Made by a program: the position numbers and the translations under genes
The notes under the pieces: generated by a model
What the model was told of the DNA's origin: nothing
The model's input: the letters and a program-made list of their open reading frames with translations, nothing else
Databases searched by the model: none
Assembly: GCA_046497275.1 (NCBI GenBank)
Contig: JAWOFX010000110.1
Coordinates: 1 to 24,310 of the forward strand
Length of the DNA: 24,310 bases
Direction: 5' to 3'
Source: Promethearchaeia archaeon
GTDB taxonomy: Archaea; Asgardarchaeota; Lokiarchaeia; Sigyniarchaeales; SOKP01
In this document: piece by piece, positions 17,754-24,310 of the stretch
How positions within the stretch are numbered: the stretch's first letter is position 1
How the letters are laid out: each line of letters opens with the position of its first letter

Positions 17754-18707
17754 ATGCCAGATGTAGTAATTAAAACCCCAAATTTAGATGAAATCTTTGA
17801 AAAATGGAAACAAAAAGCTTATAGAACTGATAAAAAAAACCTTGAAAAACAATTTGGGACAAAAGGATCCGTTTTTTCGTTAGATGTCATTTCTGCAGCA
17901 GAAACTGTAAAAGATACCGTTAAGGAGGCAGCTATCTATTTTGCTGTTCAAAAATCAGTAGAACCAGCTAAAGGAAAAGAAGAAACACGTACAGTTAATG
18001 CAGATAAAGTATATAAGGAGACTTATTTTGAATTCAAAAATAATATCAATAAAGATAATTGGGATAAAGATGAGACTGTTCCATTTTATAATACTTTAAA
18101 ATCAAAACCTTGCCCAAATTGTAATGGAAGGGGCTATATTGAAAATAATTGCGATACTTGTGGAGGAAGTGGAAAGCAATCTGATAAGTTGATCGTTTTA
18201 ATTGGGGAGGAGATGAATAAAGATAAAAAAGTCTTCGAATATCCCTGTGGGAATTGTTTTGGAACAGGAAAAGTAAACGAACCTTGTAAAGAATGTGGGG
18301 GACATAAAAATCTTTATACATATCAAATTAAAGCAGTTCCGTTTAAAAGAGTGATAAGTGGTTTGCCTGTATTATATAGCAGTGCTAAAACGAAATATGA
18401 AAAAGAAATGGGAGAAGATCTTCACAAATTAATTGATGAAGTCGAAGGGATAAGTTTTAATGATTTTAAAACATTGGATAAAAAAGCAGAAGCTTCACTA
18501 GGCTATTATAATAAAAATATTAAGAAAACCATAAACAGTGCGGGAAAAGATTATAAAAATTATGATAAGGATGGAGATTACAAAATCGCCAGCAAAATAT
18601 ATCTTTTTCCGATGATTCAGATGGTATGCGAGACGAAGAAAGGTAAATCATTTGAAATATATTCTATTGGTTCCGATAAAAAGTTCATAACTTACTCTAA
18701 TTTCTAA
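17754..18707 (+). CDS. DnaJ-type Cys-rich zinc-finger protein without J domain (SSUH2-like)
   Basis: Repeats CPNCNGRG, CDTCGGSG, CGNCFGTG and CKECGGHK. No HPD motif. Confidence 0.75.
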   Translation: MPDVVIKTPNLDEIFEKWKQKAYRTDKKNLEKQFGTKGSVFSLDVISAAETVKDTVKEAAIYFAVQKSVEPAKGKEETRTVNADKVYKETYFEFKNNINKDNWDKDETVPFYNTLKSKPCPNCNGRGYIENNCDTCGGSGKQSDKLIVLIGEEMNKDKKVFEYPCGNCFGTGKVNEPCKECGGHKNLYTYQIKAVPFKRVISGLPVLYSSAKTKYEKEMGEDLHKLIDEVEGISFNDFKTLDKKAEASLGYYNKNIKKTINSAGKDYKNYDKDGDYKIASKIYLFPMIQMVCETKKGKSFEIYSIGSDKKFITYSNF

Positions 18708-18715
18708 GTAAAGTC

Positions 18716-18740
18716 TCTATTTTTTTTATTTTTCTATTCT
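18716..18740 (+). terminator. Oligo-T tract after the zinc-finger gene
   Basis: TCTATTTTTTTTATTTTTCTATTCT follows the stop at 18707. Confidence 0.45.
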
Positions 18741-18841
18741 TTGAGATAAATTACTATAGTATATTTTTGAAATCAAGATCTAATATCTATAAAAAGACAA
18801 TTTAAATCCATTCCTTAATATTTTCTATTTGGGTGAAAATT

Positions 18842-19624
18842 TTGCCAGAATTGCCCGAGGTTGAAAATTTCAGAAATAGAATTGATCCAATAGCTCTTGA
18901 CAAGAAAATCAAAAGTATTAAGATACATGATGATTATATTATAAAAACACCGAAAAAGGAATTTAAACAAGCCCTTATAGGGAAGGAATTTGAAGAGACA
19001 ATAAGAAGAGGAAAATATTTATTTCTTCGTTTAGATTCTAAGAGTTTGCTTGTTCATTTTGCCATGAGTGGTAGCGTTAAATATTTTAATGATAAAAACC
19101 AAGAACCGGAATATAGTAAAATTAGGATTCAATTTGAAAATGGAGACTTTCTATCAATAATTTCCGTCAGAAAATTGGGAAGAGTAGAAATAATTGATGA
19201 TTTAGAAAAATATATTAAAGAAAATAAACTTGGTCCTGACTCATTGAAGCTTAGTTTTAAAGAATTTAAAGAAATAATGAATCAAAAAAGACGTTCCTTT
19301 GCTAAATCAGCTTTAATGGATCAAAAAGCATTGAGCGGAATAGGAAATGAATATTCTGATGAGATTTTATTCCAAGCAGGAATTTATCCTAAAACAAAAC
19401 TCTCTGATTTAGACGATTCGAACATTAAATATCTCTATGAAAAGATTAAAGAAGTTTTAAAGACTTCCATAAAGGTTAAAAAAGAAGGAAAAAAATATCC
19501 TAGTAATTACCTTATGCCACATCGAGATGTAAAAGATAAATGTCCTAAATGTGGCACAAGCATAGAAGATATTACAGTATCAAGCCGTCATGGATATTAT
19601 TGTCCAAAATGTCAATCAAAATGA
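18842..19624 (+). CDS. mutM: Fpg/Nei-family DNA glycosylase / AP lyase
   Basis: TTG at 18842 gives M-PELPEVE with the catalytic Pro at the N-terminus, and GGGTGA (18831-18836) lies upstream. Motifs RRGKYL, HFAMSG, H2TH LMDQ..SGIGNEYSDEIL and zinc finger CPKC...R...CPKCQ. Confidence 0.9.
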   Translation: MPELPEVENFRNRIDPIALDKKIKSIKIHDDYIIKTPKKEFKQALIGKEFEETIRRGKYLFLRLDSKSLLVHFAMSGSVKYFNDKNQEPEYSKIRIQFENGDFLSIISVRKLGRVEIIDDLEKYIKENKLGPDSLKLSFKEFKEIMNQKRRSFAKSALMDQKALSGIGNEYSDEILFQAGIYPKTKLSDLDDSNIKYLYEKIKEVLKTSIKVKKEGKKYPSNYLMPHRDVKDKCPKCGTSIEDITVSSRHGYYCPKCQSK

Positions 19625-19710
19625 CGGCATATCAAAAAAAAGTTTTTTATCTATTTGTGAGATGGAAATCAGAACTAAAGTTTAACATTACATTTTTAAG
19701 CTATTAATGA

Positions 19711-19748
19711 ATATATAAGTTTGAGATTATATATAAGTTAAAACTTAT
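19711..19748 (+). promoter_or_regulatory. Direct and inverted repeat cluster upstream of the ECF S gene, candidate operator/promoter
   Basis: ATATATAAGTT occurs at 19711-19721 and 19729-19739. ATAAGTT-aa-AACTTAT palindrome at 19733-19748. Confidence 0.35.
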
Positions 19749-19770
19749 GCAAAAATTTTTGTGATTTTAA

Positions 19771-20376
19771 ATGAATGAATTAAATAATAATAAAAAAACC
19801 TTTTTTGGATATTATTTGCCAACAAATTCGTTATCTATTTCATTGATCGGAATATTTGGAGCTTTAGTCTGTGTAGTCACAATGGTAATAGCATTTCCAG
19901 TTCCCGCAACTAATGGGTATATAAATATTGGAGACGCAATGGTAATGTTGACTGCAATTATTTTTGGTCCAGTTATAGGAGGAATTGCTGGAGGTGTTGG
20001 TTCTGCTTTAGCCGATCTTTTTTTAGGATATATATTATATGCCCCTGCTACTTTGATCATAAAAGCATTAGAAGGAATTGTAGTTGGATTAATTGCTAAT
20101 CCAAAAAATATTGCAAAAAGATTCTCTTATAGAGATATAATTGGTGTGCTTATTGGAGGTTTGATAATGGTAATTGGCTACTTTATTTACGAAATAATAC
20201 TGTATGGGTTGTATGCCGCTATATATGAAGTAATTCTAAATGGGTTAATCCAATATGGGTTAGGGATATTAATTTCATTATTACTAACAGTTCCTCTCAG
20301 AAAAGCATTGGATGAATCAATATCACAAATATATGAAAGCATTTATATTGTTGATAAGCAAAAATTCGCTGAATAA
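19771..20376 (+). CDS. ECF transporter S component (substrate-binding membrane subunit)
   Basis: Multiple TM helices with the typical pattern FPVPATNGYINIGD...AIIFGP..GGIAGGVGSALAD...YAPATLIIK. Confidence 0.88.
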   Translation: MNELNNNKKTFFGYYLPTNSLSISLIGIFGALVCVVTMVIAFPVPATNGYINIGDAMVMLTAIIFGPVIGGIAGGVGSALADLFLGYILYAPATLIIKALEGIVVGLIANPKNIAKRFSYRDIIGVLIGGLIMVIGYFIYEIILYGLYAAIYEVILNGLIQYGLGILISLLLTVPLRKALDESISQIYESIYIVDKQKFAE

Positions 20377-20413
20377 TTATCAATATTATAATATCATAAT
20401 CCAAAATTATTGA

Positions 20414-21856
20414 TTAAAGCAAACTAATAAGCGTTTCAAGCGCCTCTAAGACTTTTTTACCCTTGTCTGTAATCCTATAATACACAGATTTTCCTTTTTT
20501 TTTCCTATTGATTAAATTTTTCTCTTCTAATTCCTTTAAATGTTGATAAACCGCTGCCAAACTTATCCCTCCCAATATTTCTTGGATTTTTTTTCCATAT
20601 ATACCTTTTTCATGAGATAATGAGATTTGTGATAATATTTTCAATTTTGTACTTAGAATACCCCCTAAACTAGCTGTTTTCGCCCGACTGGAAAGTGCTT
20701 CTAAAACATGAGGGGTTTTTAATCCCGAACCTGTAATCATGCAAACTACTTTTTCATCTTCATTTATTTTATTCTGCTGTCTTAATGTATTAACAGCAGC
20801 TATTGTAAGAGCAGAGGCAGGTTCGGCAAAAATACCTTCATTGCTAGCTAATTCTTCTGCGGCAGTTAACATAATATTTTCTGGAATTGATAATGCGATC
20901 CCATTAGTTTCTTTAATCGCATTTATAGCTAAATCCTGATAAAAAGGTTCTTTAACTAATATACCTAACGCATAGGAATCATAATCTGCTCCTAAAGATT
21001 GGTTGAGTTCTAATTTATTTTTCTCTAATTGATCCACTATTGGAGAAGAAACTTGCGATTGAACACCTATCATCATAGGTATTTTATTGATTATCTTAGC
21101 TCTTTTTAATTCTTTAAAACCTTTCCAAATACTTATTAATAATCCTCCGCTCCCCATAGGGATAATAATTCCATCCACGTTACCTATTTGATTATAAATT
21201 TCATAAGATATCGTTTTTTGCGCTTCAATCGTAAGAGGATTATATTCTGGAGTTGCTTGATAATAATCACTATATTCCCTTTTCTTAACCTCTTCTATCG
21301 CTTCATCCACATAATCACCATGACTGATGATTTTAGAATTATAAGCAATCATTTGTGCTTTTTTGCCAACATCCATTTTTTTAGGAATAATATTAATACA
21401 CTCTAAGCCCTCAACAGATGCATAAGCTGCAATAGATGCTCCTTGGTTGCCATTTGAAGCACAAACGATCTTTTTATAATTTAAACTTCGAGCGTGAGAT
21501 ACAAGAAGCGCAGCAGCACGATCTTTAAAAGAATTAGTAGGGTTTTGAGTTTCATCTTTAAAGTAGAGATCATTAATATTCCAAATTTTCCCTAATCTTT
21601 TTGATAACCTGCATGGAGTTCCCCCTTCTCCTATGCTTACAATGTAATTTTTATCTATATCAGGTAGTATGGATCTATAATCCCAAAAATTCTCTAAATT
21701 TTTTTTTTCAAAAATTTGTTTAACTTTAGAAATCGGAACTTCAATTAATACCAACTTATCACATTTAGGACATTTAAATATTATTTCTGAACTTTTAAAT
21801 TTGGAATTACAATTATAGCATTTATATAAGAATTCTCTGAATCTCTCTTTATCCAT
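20414..21856 (-). CDS. Threonine-synthase-like fold-type II PLP protein with N-terminal Zn ribbon and C-terminal winged HTH
   Basis: CYNC...CPKC, GEGGTP, KDE..NPT.SFKDR (PLP Lys111), PMGSGGLL, EPASA and ITGSGLK. The last ~83 aa are a PadR/ArsR-like wHTH (SLAAVYQHLKELEEKNLI...VYYRITDKG). Confidence 0.87.
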   Translation of the reverse strand: MDKERFREFLYKCYNCNSKFKSSEIIFKCPKCDKLVLIEVPISKVKQIFEKKNLENFWDYRSILPDIDKNYIVSIGEGGTPCRLSKRLGKIWNINDLYFKDETQNPTNSFKDRAAALLVSHARSLNYKKIVCASNGNQGASIAAYASVEGLECINIIPKKMDVGKKAQMIAYNSKIISHGDYVDEAIEEVKKREYSDYYQATPEYNPLTIEAQKTISYEIYNQIGNVDGIIIPMGSGGLLISIWKGFKELKRAKIINKIPMMIGVQSQVSSPIVDQLEKNKLELNQSLGADYDSYALGILVKEPFYQDLAINAIKETNGIALSIPENIMLTAAEELASNEGIFAEPASALTIAAVNTLRQQNKINEDEKVVCMITGSGLKTPHVLEALSSRAKTASLGGILSTKLKILSQISLSHEKGIYGKKIQEILGGISLAAVYQHLKELEEKNLINRKKKGKSVYYRITDKGKKVLEALETLISLL

Positions 21857-21910
21857 AATAAGTCAACTACTAAATAATTTAGATAAAAGTAATGAAATCC
21901 TATATACATA

Positions 21911-21936
21911 ATCTATTATTATATAAAATAATAGAT
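21911..21936. promoter_or_regulatory. Perfect 10-bp inverted repeat enclosing a TATA-like box, candidate operator
   Basis: ATCTATTATT-atataa-AATAATAGAT. Minus-strand TTTATATA at 21920-21927 lies about 64 nt upstream of the ATG at 21856. Confidence 0.5.
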
Positions 21937-22004
21937 CTAAAAATCTCCAAAATAAAGGTTTTTTGCTCATAATGAATTTCTTCTCATAAAATAATTATCA
22001 TTTC

Positions 22005-22026
22005 GAAAAAGAAAAAAAGAAAAAAA
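22005..22026 (-). terminator. Oligo-T tract after the methyltransferase/ATP-grasp gene
   Basis: The minus strand reads TTTTTTTCTTTTTTTCTTTTTC about 15 nt after the stop at 22042. Confidence 0.55.
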
Positions 22027-22041
22027 TTCTTTTAAGAAAAT

Positions 22042-24069
22042 CTATCTAATCTTTTCATCCAAAATTCCTTCTTGATAATTCTTCTGTGTAAGTTGTTTAA
22101 TTTCAGATTCATTTTCTCCATTCTGAGAAGAAATATTCTCATTTTTTATTCTCTCTTCAGTAGCTTCTAATATCTCTTTTAGCATATCATTGTAAGATAA
22201 TCCATCAATTTTTGCCATTTTCGCTAAATGTCCGTCCCAACACCATCCAGGATTAGGATTCACCTCTAGAAGTTTTGGATTTCCTTCAGCATCAAGGCGC
22301 CAGTCAAATCGACAATAATCTCGGCATTCTAATCGTTTGAATAATTTTACAGAACAATCTATTATAAAATTTTTCTTCTCTTCACTTATTCTAGCTGGGA
22401 TTGATTTGATATTCCAATAAGGAGAATCAGGCATCCATTTAGCTTCGTAACCGCAAATTCTTGGGAGATCTTCTGGTAATGCAGTATAATCTTCTTCTAT
22501 AATAGGAAGTACCCTATAAGAATTATCAGGATTTCCAATTATTCCTACAGACAAATCTGCACCAGATAAAAATTCTTCAATAAGAATAGGTTTATCATAT
22601 CCAAATTTTTGACGTATTTCAGTTATGATGTTTACAAGATCTTCTCCATTTTCCACATAACTATTTTGAGTAATTCCAAAACTAGAGTCGCCATAGTTTG
22701 GTTTGACTAATACAGGGAAATTAAAGGGAAGGAATTGATATGTAAAATCTTCTTGTTTTATATAAATTCCATCGCCAACTGGTATATTCATTTCCTTGGC
22801 AATCCCACGCACCAATGATTTATCATAACAAAATGCTAAACATTGAGGTCCTCCACCAGTAAAAGGAATATTTAGAACTTCTAGTAATGCGGGGACATGT
22901 AATTCTTTTCGAGCATCATTGTAATACCCCTCATCGCATAAATTAAAGACGAAATCAATTTTATTTTTCATTTTTATTAAGTCCCAGATAAGAGTATCAT
23001 GATTATCTAAATATATGAAATTGTATCCATCCATCTCATTCAATGCTGCTTTTAACTCATTAATCGTATATAAATCATCATCATCAAACACATGTGAAGG
23101 TTTCACCACATCGCTTTTCCTGGGGTCCCCCATAATTACATAAACATTCTTAACTTCTTTCTTAGGCTTTTTTGGACTCCAATCTTTTTGAATAGTCGCA
23201 GAAATTAGAATTCTCTGTTCCATCATTCCTAAATCTTGATTTCTTTCAGAATTGGGTGTTATTTTGTCATAGAGGGTTGGTTTGGTAAACCCTGCAAATT
23301 CGAGTAATTCGGAAATCTTTTTTTCGGTGTACAACCTTTCAGCATAAAATTGGTCAGCGATTACTCCATGATTTACATCTGTGATTACTTCTCTTGAGAT
23401 TAAGCGTTCCTTGTCAAGAGAGAGATTTCGCTCCCTGCATACAAAAAATCTTTTATTAATCCATTCCCATGATCTTTTATTAAAATTATTTAGGAGATAC
23501 TCCCCATCGGTAATATCCAAAAATATTTTTCCTAATGGTTTTAGAACTCTTTTTACTTCTTTTAAAACTTTTAAATCATCATGTTTTGATTCAAAATACC
23601 CAAAACTATTTCCTAAGATCATCACAACGTCAAAATTATCTGTAGAGTATGATAATTTTCTTGCATCTCCTTCTTTAAAATGAACAGATAAATTTTCCTT
23701 TAAGCAAGTTGTTTTGGCTCGTTTAATTAAATAAGAAGATTGATCAAGACCATATAAGTTTTTAAAACCTCTTCTTGATAATTCTAATAGATGCCTTCCT
23801 TGGCCACAGCATAAATCTAAAATTTTATCATCCTTTTTGAGATTAAGATAATCTATAATTAATGAAACTTCATTTGAGGTAATTTTAGGATCATTTACCA
23901 CATCTCCATCAGTTTTTAGATAATTAGAATTAAATATATGTTTCCACCAATCAGAGTGTACATACTCTTCCAAGTTTTCAATTGGACCAAAACTAGTGGT
24001 TTTTAATATATTATGTTTTTTATTCATTTTTATTTGATTAGAATTGTTATTCTCTTCAGTTTTTTTCAT
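22042..24069 (-). CDS. Class I SAM methyltransferase fused to a D-Ala-D-Ala-ligase-like ATP-grasp domain
   Basis: N-terminal half: ILDLCCGQGRH, GLD.S, EGDAR, GNSFGYF. C-terminal half: FNLCDEG, LLEVLNIPFTG, DK, VKP..GDSSFGI, IEEFLSG, YEAKW, RFDWR, LEVNPNPG. Confidence 0.9.
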   Translation of the reverse strand: MKKTEENNNSNQIKMNKKHNILKTTSFGPIENLEEYVHSDWWKHIFNSNYLKTDGDVVNDPKITSNEVSLIIDYLNLKKDDKILDLCCGQGRHLLELSRRGFKNLYGLDQSSYLIKRAKTTCLKENLSVHFKEGDARKLSYSTDNFDVVMILGNSFGYFESKHDDLKVLKEVKRVLKPLGKIFLDITDGEYLLNNFNKRSWEWINKRFFVCRERNLSLDKERLISREVITDVNHGVIADQFYAERLYTEKKISELLEFAGFTKPTLYDKITPNSERNQDLGMMEQRILISATIQKDWSPKKPKKEVKNVYVIMGDPRKSDVVKPSHVFDDDDLYTINELKAALNEMDGYNFIYLDNHDTLIWDLIKMKNKIDFVFNLCDEGYYNDARKELHVPALLEVLNIPFTGGGPQCLAFCYDKSLVRGIAKEMNIPVGDGIYIKQEDFTYQFLPFNFPVLVKPNYGDSSFGITQNSYVENGEDLVNIITEIRQKFGYDKPILIEEFLSGADLSVGIIGNPDNSYRVLPIIEEDYTALPEDLPRICGYEAKWMPDSPYWNIKSIPARISEEKKNFIIDCSVKLFKRLECRDYCRFDWRLDAEGNPKLLEVNPNPGWCWDGHLAKMAKIDGLSYNDMLKEILEATEERIKNENISSQNGENESEIKQLTQKNYQEGILDEKIR

Positions 24070-24310
24070 TTGATCTTTAACTAAATTTGGATTTTTAAAT
24101 TTTAAACTAATTTAATTTAATTACTCAAAAAGTTTTCAATTGTATTTAAAAATATCTCTTTTGTTTAATTATTCCGTTGTGTCGCGGATTATAACATAAA
24201 TTTATAAAATTTAATGGATTTAAAAATCGAATATATAGATATATATTCCTAAATCTTAAATACTCTTATTAATGAAATTCTGGAATCTTATTGAATTATA
24301 AGTATTAATT

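Noticed and set aside
17754-18707. Calling this gene dnaJ
   Set aside because: No J domain/HPD motif and no G/F-rich region. Only the zinc-finger repeats are shared.
18833-18841. GTG start giving MKILPELPEV for Fpg
   Set aside because: It would bury the catalytic Pro. The GTG is part of the GGGTGA RBS for TTG 18842.
22042-23172. Calling the ATP-grasp domain ddl as evidence for peptidoglycan synthesis
   Set aside because: Ddl substrate-site motifs are altered, the domain is fused to a methyltransferase and no mur genes are present in the window.
756-23683. Short ORF-track entries overlapping longer genes (756-962, 1461-1643, 7563-7748, 8039-8272, 8547-8744, 13044-13310, 14138-14458, 18046-18321, 19812-20060, 20739-20939, 21188-21406, 23381-23683)
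   Set aside because: Each is an antisense or off-frame shadow of a well-supported gene, with no recognisable motif.
24070-24310. Possible ORF end or repeat array at the right edge
   Set aside because: Low-complexity AT-rich sequence with no supportable frame or repeat unit.

Overview
AT-rich, gene-dense chromosomal segment. The gene content points to an Asgard archaeon, most likely Lokiarchaeia/Promethearchaeia (inference): an actin-family protein, a longin-fold protein, an archaeal-type DRG GTPase, an ASH-Ski2-like helicase and GGTGA/GAGG-type ribosome-binding sites. It holds about 20 CDSs: a 5'-truncated AbfD/HpaB-family protein, PurH, a small wHTH protein, a HEAT plus tandem winged-helix protein, a 4-TM PH-like protein, an MBL hydrolase, a ModE-like HTH, a CBS pair, an actin-related protein, a prenyltransferase-beta-repeat surface protein, FolD, a longin, a DRG-like protein, a Ski2-like helicase, an unlisted 53-aa ORF, a DnaJ-zinc-finger/SSUH2-like protein, Fpg/Nei, an ECF S component, a threonine-synthase-like wHTH fusion and a methyltransferase/Ddl-like fusion. 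I saw no rRNA, tRNA, CRISPR array or mobile element. The strongest leads are four. (1) An actin with a ~130-aa double zinc-ribbon insertion and substituted catalytic residues. (2) A threonine-synthase-fold protein that keeps PLP binding, has lost the substrate-phosphate site, is fused to a wHTH and has a perfect 10-bp palindrome over its own TATA-like box. (3) A DRG homologue altered in G1-G5. (4) SSUH2-like and UFL1-like eukaryote-type proteins. All family assignments are by-eye motif recognition; no searches were run.
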